Below are positions 1 to 10,308 of a stretch of 64,000 bases of DNA, piece by piece (within the stretch, counting starts at the first letter, position 1; every line of letters starts with the position of its first letter). The translations under genes were made by a program, and so were the position numbers. The stretch is from Octopus vulgaris (taxonomy: Eukaryota), in NCBI GenBank assembly GCA_951406725.2, contig OX597814.1, positions 47,802,001 through 47,866,000 on the forward strand, given 5' to 3'. Below the pieces are notes generated by a model. It was not told the origin of the DNA. It saw nothing but the letters and a program-made list of their open reading frames with translations, and searched no databases.

Positions 1-71
1 ATACATAAATACATGCACACATACATACATACACACACACATACATACATACATACATACGTATGAGTGTA

Positions 72-183
72 TGTCATTATTCAGTTTATTTCAAGATTTC
101 TAACCAATAGAGAAAGAACCGGTTTCTAACCTAGATCCGAGGCTTCTTCATTGGAATTTCAACATCAACAACAGGGTATTTTT
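72..183 (-). mobile_element. Possible Penelope-like pseudo-LTR remnant with degenerate hammerhead-like motif
   Basis: Minus strand reads CCAATGAAGA-AGCCT-CGGATCT-AGGTT-A-GAAA-CCGG-TT: a stem II-like hairpin, then GAAA and the same palindromic CCGG loop as at 43966-43975. Sits between (ATAC)n and (TATG)n. Core is degenerate. Confidence 0.35.
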
Positions 184-508
184 GTATGTATGTATGTATG
201 TATGTATGTATTCCTAATTCACGATCAGTTACTTCAGTCAATTTTAGTCTAGGGATTGTAAAGAATTTAACTCGGATAGAGAAAATTGTGAAGAGGAGAC
301 TTCATGCAATACCTGATTTAGTGCCAGTCTATGCCCAATATGTTCTTTAGTGTTGCAATTCAATTGCAAACATTCTGGTCAGCTTTCCTGGTCTAAGGAT
401 AATTACCTTATATCAACGCGTTCTAGGCTTTGAAAAGAATCATAGGCGATGCCTGACACACACGCACACTACCTGACACACACGCACACTACCTGACACA
501 CACGCACG

Positions 509-551
<43 letters not shown>

Positions 552-699
552 ACAACGTCTGTGTGTGTGTATATGTATTTATGTATGCATGTACGTATGT
601 ATACATCATATGTATGTAAGCACGTACACTGCAACGTTGTTGAGCACCGTCTATAATTATGTTAATCGATCAATTGATTCAATTGAGCTATATAGTCTA

Positions 700-756
<57 letters not shown>

Positions 757-759
757 GCT

Positions 760-1713
760 ATATATGCGGAAAATCGGTGTGTGTTTGTTTGTGCTGTTGT
801 TAGCTAACTCCTCCTACATCGTTTTATTGATTTTGATGAAACTTGACACGTGAGTAGAACATATGTCTGGAAACCTCGTGTTATACTTAGATTGTTGAAA
901 AAATCGATTATACCCCACTGGAAGGATCTTTATATCTATCTCATATAACTAATGTTTTTAAAAACACCCAAGGGAAATAACCCATAGCACCTGCACTATT
1001 TTTTAATACTAAAACTGCTAAACCTTATTATTGCACTTTCTTGATGCATGTACACTTTCAAGGCCCATAATTCCGATAATTCTGCATTTTTCTAGTTAAA
1101 ATGTTTTGATTACAGTACATAAATTTTTGATTCCAGAACGTATTTAATAAGTTTGTCCCAATACAATGAACTCATACTTTGAATGTTTAAAATTCTTTAA
1201 AAATGATACCAAACTTCCACACCACATTCAATTTGGACACCCTGTATCACTTATATTTATTTTACAAATCATAATATTTATTGCTTATTTACAGTTCATA
1301 CAACATTTTCATGAAACTAATTGAGCCATCGTATTTAGAAATATTTTACAGGTTTCATTGTTTATGTTCGATTACTTTGAATATTGATTTTTTTTGTGTG
1401 TGTCCAATTTCTAATTTTTGCAGACGATATCACTTTTAATGCTTTATTTGACACGTGAGTAGAACACATGTCTGGAAACCTCATGCCATACTTGGATTGT
1501 TGGAAACAAAATCGATAATAGGGCCGCTCCAATGGATCCTTCTATCTACTACATATTACTAATATTTTATCTAAGCAACCCAAGGGAAACAACCCATACC
1601 ACCTGCAGGTTATAGCGAAGCGATCAATATTTGATTCTCACAATCAGCCGACCTAATTCCGCATTTCACTACTCAGTTTTGAACTGCTAAACATTATTAT
1701 TGCACTTCCTTGA
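760..1713 (+). repeat. Diverged direct repeat pair (843-1045 and 1448-1713), possibly a non-autonomous Helitron/Helentron-like element
   Basis: Both copies begin TTGACACGTGAGTAGAACA, share ACCCAAGGGAAA.AACCCATA.CACCTGCA and end in ACTGCTAAAC.TTATTATTGCACTT.CTTGAT. The first is preceded by GTTTGTTTGTG...CTAACTCCTCCTAC...GATTTTGATGAAACTTG, reminiscent of DINE-1/HINE-like cores (from memory). Confidence 0.5.
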
Positions 1714-1733
1714 TTTCAATCTTAAACCTTAAT

Positions 1734-1848
<115 letters not shown>

Positions 1849-1904
1849 TATATACATAAATACATACATACATGCATACATACATGGTAGACGCCATAGC
1901 CACT

Positions 1905-2092
1905 CAATAAAAATGAGTACTGGTGGAATGTCCTAGTGAGGACCCCAATAAAATGTAAGCACAACAGACATGATATAATGATTTGGGATAGAAAAGAGAA
2001 ACTGTGTACAGTTGTGGAAATGGCTGCCTAGCGGATGTTAACATAAAGCTGAAGATCAGTGAAGAAGAGAATATCTACGCTGAACTTCTCGT
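1905..2092 (+). mobile_element. Restriction-like endonuclease (RLE) remnant of an R4/NeSL-type non-LTR retrotransposon
   Basis: Manual translation gives [35 protein letters not shown], a frameshift, then GCLADVNIKLKISEEENIYAELL. This fits the NRPDI..D....C..(D/E)...PxDxN...K..EK..Y pattern of R4-group RLEs. Not in the ORF track. Confidence 0.7.
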
Positions 2093-2102
2093 GAAGGAGG
2101 AA

Positions 2103-2275
2103 TTATGACATTGATACTCTCTTTTGGGCCTTCTGTCTTGATATTTGTTCATCTAGGACCCTGGATAGCTGGAGGTCAATTTGTTTCTTGAAAACATCTA
2201 CCTCCACTTCATGAAGATCCTTCAGATGTTTTGGTATGGCGTTAAACAGCTGCAGGCCCTTGAATCCCAAGCAGT
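2103..2275 (-). mobile_element. CR1-clade LINE 3' ORF2 fragment
   Basis: GFKGLQLFNAIPKHLKDLHEVEVDVFKKQIDLQLSRVLDE matches the CR1 ORF2 C-terminus (GPxLFNxLP...FKxxLDxxL..(I/V)PD); homologous to 52988-53212. Confidence 0.75.
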
Positions 2276-2857
2276 ACATGAGTTCTATATACATATATGC
2301 ACCTTTATACATACATATATATGGAGATAAGTTCAGACAATTGTCGTGTTGATAAAGGGTACTGAAACAGAAACACGTGTCCACAATTGTCCTTTTACCT
2401 CTGTGTCCCTTTTGGAGATTTTTTTTTAATTCTGGAGTATATCTTCCTTTCTCAAGTGGAGCTGGTCTTTAATTTCCATTTGATAATTATGATACATATA
2501 TCCGATCATTCGTCTGTATATATGTGATAAGATTTATAAAGTACATTCACAAGCACGACACAAGACAGAAATAATGTAGAATTGATTGCTTTCGAGAATT
2601 AAGCTTTGTATCTGTTAAATACCTTTCGACTGCAATAACCGTTACTCCCATGTTTCCGTTATCCCTTACAATCGAACTTAGTACAAGGAAACATAACACT
2701 GGATCGCTTACCGTTGTTTAACTCCATTTTTATGGCGAACACTTTGTTGCGGCGTGTCTACATATACACATTTATATATACATCTACATATACACATCCA
2801 TATGTCTATAAACACATAAACACGTGCGCATAAACGTATATAAGGATATCTGTCAGC

Positions 2858-3199
2858 TTTTACTTGTTTCAGTCATTAGACTGTGGCTATGCTGGGGCAG
2901 AAGAATTTTCAGTGGAACGAAGCGGTCTCGGTAGTTATTATTATTTTTTTTTTAAAGCCTGGTACTTAATCTATCGCTCCCTTTTGTCGAACCGGCGTAA
3001 ATATACCAACACCAGTGAGGGACACACACACACACACACTATGGGATTCTTTCGGTTTCCATCTACCAAATCCACTAACAAGGCTTTGGTCGGCCCGAGA
3101 CTGTTGTAGAAGGCACTCGCCTAAGGTGTCACGCAGTGGGACTGAACCCGGAACCATTTGATTGGGAGCCAATCTTTTTACCACACAGCCACATCTGCA
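2858..3199 (-). mobile_element. tRNA-derived SINE, family C (CR1-type tail, internal microsatellite)
   Basis: Reverse complement aligns with 28648-29163 and 62535-62939; B-box-like GGTTCAGTCCC. Confidence 0.8.
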
Positions 3200-3548
3200 T
3201 ACGTGTGTATATATTTATGTATATACTCATACCTGCAGTTGTTTAGCTTGTATTTACATACGTGTACAGCTTAATTCTGTGATACGTATCAACAGAAACA
3301 CGTTTGCGTATCTATACATCTCTCTCTCTCTCTCTTTCTTTCTCTTTCTCTTTCTCTCCCTCTCTCTTTCTCTCTGTATATTTTTTGAAACAATATGTAT
3401 GAGTATTCACATAATCATATCCATACGAACTGACATTCACACACATACATGTGCGTCGCAAACACGCACACACATACACAAGCACAAACAAAAACACACA
3501 GACACACGCACACACGCATGCGCATATATACACACACATACACGCGGG

Positions 3549-3586
<38 letters not shown>

Positions 3587-4344
3587 AATTCAGAGCGGCC
3601 AGGGACGTGAATTCGGATAATGAAGACTAATGAAGGCATACTCAATATCGATATATCGATACCTATATCTATCTATATGTAGGTATATGTGTATAAATAT
3701 ATATATGCATGTATGCATTATGCATAATATGCATCTATGTATACATGTACATGATGTACGTATGTAAGTATGTATGCATATATTTATGTAAATATATATA
3801 TTTATATGTGTGTATATATATATGTATATATATATATAAGTATAATTATTATCTATTTATCTATATATATATATGTATGTATGTATGTATGTATATCTAT
3901 CTACCTATTTATCTATACATACATAAATACATACGTATATGTGTGTGTGCGTGTGTGTACACACACAGACATATACATACATTTAAGATGAAGAGACTAC
4001 ACTGGGAAAACAATGGTTATGTTATGAACTTGATTAGCTTACATCTATTCCTGCTATAAGATGCAGTGAACTCGTAGTTGAATGCCTGAATAACATCCTG
4101 TAACTTCATCAGAGCCTCGAATACGAAGTTCAATTTATTTGTGGAAAAAAGAAATAATTACATTTGTGCAATATATAGAGATGGCATTACCAGTGAGAAA
4201 ATCATTACTGGTGCATATAAAAAATGTATGTCCAACAAGCCAATTAGATTTACTAGTAGAAACAGTAGAAAAAATATCAGAAAAAGAATGTATGTATAAA
4301 TATATACACGTGCACCAGATTATTAGTCTCGCGATGCCTAATCG

Positions 4345-4390
<46 letters not shown>

Positions 4391-4699
4391 GTGTGTGTGT
4401 GTGTGTGTGTGTACATACGCGCACGCATATGACAGTCCTGTGAATGACTTTAAACTGTATCCAGTAGTGGAGGTGTGTTTCGGGAATTCCAAGGATTTGA
4501 GGAGAATGGAACTACCTCTCAGCCGCTATTGTTCCCTTGTCTACTAGGACTCGGAGTAGTAATACTTGTTAGGATTCCAGCTACAAGTTAGCTAGCATAT
4601 ATGATAACATATCATCTGAGCGCGAGGACGTAGGGGTACTCTTGATAGGTGTCAGGGGACTCGGTAAAACCACTGGGAGTAAGGGGACCTTGGCTCTTG

Positions 4700-4877
4700 T
4701 CTACCTCCACTTCATGAAGGTCCTTCAGATGTTTTGGCAAGGCGTTAAACAGCTGCGGGCCCTTGAATCCCAAGCAGTACATGAGTCCTAAATACATATA
4801 TGCACCTTTATACATACATATATATGGAGATAAGGTTAGATAATTGTCGTGTTGATAAAGGGTCCTGAAACAGAAAC
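4700..4877 (-). repeat. Local duplicate of 2198-2373 (CR1 fragment plus flank)
   Basis: About 177 bp, more than 90% identical by eye, from TCTACCTCCACTTCATGAAG to CTGAAACAGAAAC, including the non-LINE flank. Confidence 0.9.
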
Positions 4878-5089
4878 TCTAGGAGAGGGACGTTCTGATG
4901 TAAAACTGCGGTTTCAGATGATTACTGGTTATCTTACTTCGGTCTGTCACTAGACACTAATCATGGAGACTCAAAAAGTGGAACTGGAGTTGTACAAGCG
5001 TTTATCACTCTAACCTAATGATATAGGGATGCATCTATATAGTGACCTCATTTGTCATTCCTTCTACTGAAAGTCCTAAAGCGATGGAA

Positions 5090-5270
5090 GAGTGACGACG
5101 CATGCAGACCTAACCAGTTGGAAGCTCACAGTAAGTTGCAACTGTCACCAGTCACGTATGCTTCAAATCATGCTGATTTGCAACAGGACTTAATAATCAT
5201 TTGAGAAGTCATGGATGGAAAGTCAGAAATGCTATTGATAACGAAGAAGCCCGAGGAGACGGCAACCATC
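5090..5270 (+). mobile_element. Probable RTE-clade LINE 3' remnant
   Basis: Decayed C2H2-like end (...GLNNHLRSHG) followed by a short 3' UTR ending GGCAACCATC, as in RTE ORF C-termini. Confidence 0.4.
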
Positions 5271-5327
5271 TGTGAAGATGGAGCAAACATCATATACATA
5301 TATGTTTTGCAAAAAAAACACCATATA

Positions 5328-5595
<268 letters not shown>

Positions 5596-7252
5596 AAATG
5601 AACATGAATGTATAGCAAAATATTGTAATAGTAATAATATATGTAACCTGCAACATAAAATTTAGAGAAAAATTACAAAAATACTCTTGAAGATGTTTGT
5701 GTGCTTGTGTATGAAAAAAAAAAGAAAACACATAAAGAATAATTTAACAGGGTTATGGCCGATAGTTGAAGATTACAGAGCTTTGACCTTATCAATAAAA
5801 GAGGCGTGGAATATTATAAAAATGGAATTACAGACAGACCATATTAATGGTAGATATGTTTCATAAGAGTAAATTGCAAGGAAACAAATGCTATAGATTA
5901 TGACTCAATTAAATAGTCATTAGTAGTCCCAAGAGGAGTTAGACGCGTACCTAATGATAAAACCTCTGAATGGACTTCACATTGTGATTGCATTTTCCTT
6001 ATTACCATCTATCCATTTATCAATTCCTCCGTTTCTATTTCGTTTTTATCTATTGTATTTTGCCATACAAATTTATAAGCTAGTGATAAGAAAATCTCAG
6101 AAGATCAATTTAGATAATATAATGTGTGTGCTGATGGAATTGTCAGAATTCTTTTGAATATATTTTATTTTATGTAGCATAGTTTTAGGGGTGATAAATT
6201 CGCTTCGCTATAGAAAACGTATAACATTTGTTAAATGATATTTTGAAGACTGATTGCAACTCAGTTTCAATGAATTAATGATATTTCACCTTGAGACTGC
6301 CAACAAAAACACCAATACCAAGAGTCTATATGTATGTGATTTAATTTTAAATGAAAATTAGGTCAAATTCAAACATATATCTAGTTAATACGAATATTGA
6401 ATCTAATAATTTCTTGAAAAAAAATATCGTTGCTTTGCTGACTAATCTCATGTGTGCGATCTTTTTCTTTCTTTTTTTTGTGCAATCTTGTAAATATTTC
6501 TTGCTGCACAACAACATATATACACACACAACCCCGCCCCCTCCAAAAAACAAAACAACAACAAAACAAAACAAAACATTTGGAGTCATAAAATGAAAAA
6601 AAATCTTCATGCGTACGGGTTTTGTTCCAGCTGAGCGGTCAATGTTATTGACAGCATTTACATTGTCTATGTTAATTGATATAAGCTTCGTGACCTGTGA
6701 ATGATATTCATCATTGACCGTCGGAAAAAAAAAAGAAGAAAGAAAAAAAAAGCATTTTCGATTGTGGAACATGACTCAGTGATTGGAAGCCTAAATGTTA
6801 TTACAGAGTTGCTCTATCTCTTTTAGGTCTTTTAGTTAAGAATAAGAAAGGTTTTTCTGCAACAAAAATCTTTACTGAAAAATGAATTAGTCAGAAACAA
6901 ATATCAACAATTTATCTCTGAGATTAATATAGTTGTTAAACTGTGTTATTTATGGTATGGTTCCAGAGGAATAATTGTTGCATTAGAAAGAACAAGCAAA
7001 TATCCAGATTCATTAACAACATCATCTCCATGAACTAATACAGTTATACCAGTTTCGTCTAGGCGGTCGGGTATGATGGGAAATTTAATTATGACACCTT
7101 CATTTCGCCTTTCTTCTTCTTCTCTCGCTTTTCTTTTCATTTTTTTTTTTTTTTTTGTCGAAATGCTGCACTGCTGTCCTTAATTCGCTCCATCTCAAAT
7201 TATATCAGGGATATCGTAAATTTATATGAATAAAACCAAATAGAGTATAGAC

Positions 7253-7637
7253 AGTGGAGGCGCAATGGCCCAGTGGTTAGGGCAGTGGACTCGCGGTCAT
7301 AGGATCGCGGTTTCGATTCCCAGACCGGGCGTTGTGAGTGTTTATTGAGCGAAAACACCTAAAGCTCCACGAGGCTCCGGCAGGGGATGGTGGTGATCCC
7401 TGCTGTACTCTTTCACCATAACTTTCTCTTACTTCCTGTTTCTGTTGTACCTGTATTTCAAGGGGCCGGCCTTGTCACTCTCTGTGTCACGCTGAATATC
7501 CCCGAGAACTACGTTAAGGGTACACGTGTCTGTGGAGTGCTCAGCCACTTACACGTTAATTTCACGAGCAGGCTGTTCCGTTGATTCGGATCAACCGGAA
7601 CCCTCATCGTCGTAACCACGGAGTGCTTCCAAAAAAA
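7253..7637 (+). mobile_element. Full-length tRNA-derived SINE, family A, with 11-bp TSD
   Basis: A box TGGCCCAGTGG, B box GTTTCGATTCC, A-tail; TSD AGAGTATAGAC at 7242-7252 and 7638-7648. Confidence 0.93.
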
Positions 7638-7874
7638 AGAGTATAGACTAACCTAAAAAAATAATCAACTTTCTGAATATTATCGACACACTGTCTTATC
7701 CAGTAGCACACAATATTACCGTCTTAACAATATTATACTGTATATTATACAATTTTAACACAATACAAGTTTAGTGATGATAAATTTTAAATTTTAAGTA
7801 AATTTTAATAACTACTATACATTATTAAAGTCTGATATTTATACTGCATTTTTATTATTACCTTCTACAGTAAT

Positions 7875-8288
7875 GCTTTCTACTCTAGGCAAAAAGCCCG
7901 AATTTTTTTTTTTTTTTTTTTGGTGGTGGTGGCGGTGGTGAGGCAGTCGATTAGATCGATGCCAGTACGCAACTGGAACTTAATTTATCGACCCTGAAAG
8001 GATGAAAGGCAAAGTAGACCTCGGTGGAATTTGAACTCAGAACAGACGAAATACCCATTTCTTTACTACCCACATGGGGCTAAACACAGAGGGGACAAAC
8101 AAGGACAGGCAAACGGATTAAGTCGATTACATCGATCCTAGTGCATAACTGGTACTTAATTTATCGACCCCGAGAGGATGAAAGTCAAAGACGACCTCGG
8201 CGGAATTTGAAATCAAAACATAACGGCAGACGAAATACTGCCATGCATTTCGCCCGGTGTGCTAACGTCTTTGCCAGCTCGCCGCCTT
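7875..8288 (-). mobile_element. Composite family-B SINE (head/body, Tx1-type tail, second body, native tail) with 15-bp TSD
   Basis: Minus strand: GGCGGCGAGCTGGC head, body CTTTCATCCTCTCGGGGTCGATAAA, tail TGTCCCCTCTGTGTTTAGCCCCATGTGGGTAGTAAAGAAATG, then GGTATTTCGTC and a second body. TSD ACCTT(C/T)TACAGTAAT at 7860-7874 and 8290-8304. Confidence 0.88.
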
Positions 8289-9586
8289 AACCTTTTACAG
8301 TAATACCAGTTTCGTCTGGACGGTCGGGTCTAGTGAGAAATTTACTTATAGCACCTTCATTTCGACTTTCTTCTTCTTCTTCTTCTTCTTCTTCTTCTTC
8401 TCTTTTTTTTTTTTTTCGAAATGCTGCCCGCTGCCCTTAATTCGCTTCCTCTCTAATTATATCAGTGATATCGTAAATTTATATGAATAAAACGAAGTAG
8501 AATATAGACCAACCTAAAAATAATCAACTTTCTGAATATCATCGATACACTGTCTTATACAGTGACACATAATTTTACTGTATTAGCAATATTATAGTGT
8601 ATGTTACACAATATCAACACACAATAAAAGTTTACTGATGATAAATTAAAAGTTTAAGGAAATTTTAATAACTACTATAGATTATTAAAGTCTAAAATAT
8701 TTATTCTGCATTTTTATTAATGATATATTAATACAAATAAATTGTGCAGCCCGGAGCGGACCGCCCTCCCCGCCTCTTTGGCACGCCACTGATTTGAACT
8801 AGGAGGCAACCATCCAAAGGGCAATATTTCTCCCAGTATTAACAACCATTGCACTTTCCTTATACATTTTACATGGCATATAAATAAAATACTATGTGGA
8901 TACAGTAAGTGGGTGTATATGACTATGTGTTCAACTAATTTATTAGTGGAACACATGTTTAAACCTGATTTCAAGATGAAACACTGAAGCGTTAGTTCTC
9001 TTCATAAACTTTAGACATTTGAAACGCGAATCTGTAGACTTGTACATTACACTGGTCATAAATATAAAACTGATTATTCGTATATATAAGAGAAAACATT
9101 ACCGCTAAGTCTTCAACTGAATTACGCGACCAAAACGTGTAAAACAGTTTTTTATTTTATTTCTAACAGTTCGCTTATTATGCAGAGTGCAGGTAGATTT
9201 TCCATTCAGTTTTATGATTCTTTTGCTTTTTATTTCATTTTTCATAATACTGTGTGATGTTGTTTCGCATCTGTACTTAATCTTAATGTTACTTCTCGAA
9301 CACGTTCAAAAACTAGTGTTTTGTCTTTACTGGCCTTTTTCTACGTTTGTCTTCCAACTCAAATGCATTCAAATTTAAAGTAATATTATTAAATTAGATT
9401 CTATAATTTTTCTTTTTCTTTCACGGCACCACAGTTTTTCAACTTCTATCATCTCTCGTCCAATATATTTCCCTTCTCATTTTCTTCAGATATTGCAGGA
9501 TATACATGATTTTTTTCCTGTTAATTCTTTAAAGTGCTACATTTGTCAAGTCTTCGTTCATTTTATTCTTTCTGCCCACAACACCA

Positions 9587-10010
9587 ATATTGTTTTCAAA
9601 TTTTAGCACAAGATCAGCAATTTCGGGGAAGGAGTAAGTCGATTACATCGACCCCAGTGTTTCAGCTGATTCTTATTTTATCGACCCCGAAAGAATGAAA
9701 GGCAACGTCGACTTCGGCGGAATTTGAACTCAGAATGTGAAGACGGGCGAAATACCTATTTCTTTATTACTCACAAGGGGTTAAACATACCTATTTCTTT
9801 ATTACCCACAAGGGGTTAAACATAGAGGGGACATAGGTATTAAGTCGATTACATCGTCCCCAGTGTTTCAGCTGATTCTTATTTTATCGACCTCGAAAGG
9901 ATGAAAGGCAACGTCGGCTTCAGCGGAATTTGAACTCAGAATGTAAAGACGGACGAAATACCGCTAAAGATTTTGTCCGGTATGCTTATGATTCTGCCAG
10001 CTGGTTGCCT
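9587..10010 (-). mobile_element. Family-B SINE interrupted by an 84-bp Tx1-type 3' tail insert between 122-bp direct repeats
   Basis: Repeats 9635-9756 and 9841-9962 differ at 7 positions. Insert 9757-9840 holds two copies of TATTTCTTTATTAC(T/C)CACAAGGGGTTAAACATA. Confidence 0.9.
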
Positions 10011-10308
10011 CAAACAACAATAATATTGATTTCAAATTTTGGCTGAAGGCGGCGATTCTGCCAGTTCGCCGCCTTAAACACAATACCAATATCGAAAAGG
10101 AAGTATAACTTGCTGGAATTAAAATGCTGCCAGCTGGAATGCTGCTCTTAGCAACCAAAAGAGGTCATTCAGCCACCAGACTGACAACCTTATGAAAATA
10201 AAACTAGCAAAACTCTAAAATCGAGCATGAAAAAGGCATTCAGCAAAACCTACCCATTTTTATTTTTAATCTTTTATTTGTTTCCGTTAATGGACTACAA
10301 CCATATTA

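Larger units (their letters stand above)
7040..8719 (+). repeat. Old tandem duplication of a ~420-bp unit (7040-7252 plus 7649-7860 vs 8297-8719)
   Basis: Both units start TACAGT.ATACCAGTTTCGTCT and end CTGCATTTTTTATTA. The first is interrupted by a SINE; the second keeps the empty site AGAATATAGAC. Confidence 0.88.

Noticed and set aside
7253-7330. tRNA gene
   Set aside because: A and B boxes are present but continue into a SINE body with an A-tail and TSD, so this is a SINE head.
9635-9962. Repeat-spacer-repeat layout resembling a CRISPR array or LTR pair
   Set aside because: Only two 122-bp units that are SINE body sequence; no TG...CA ends, primer-binding site or cas genes; eukaryotic context.
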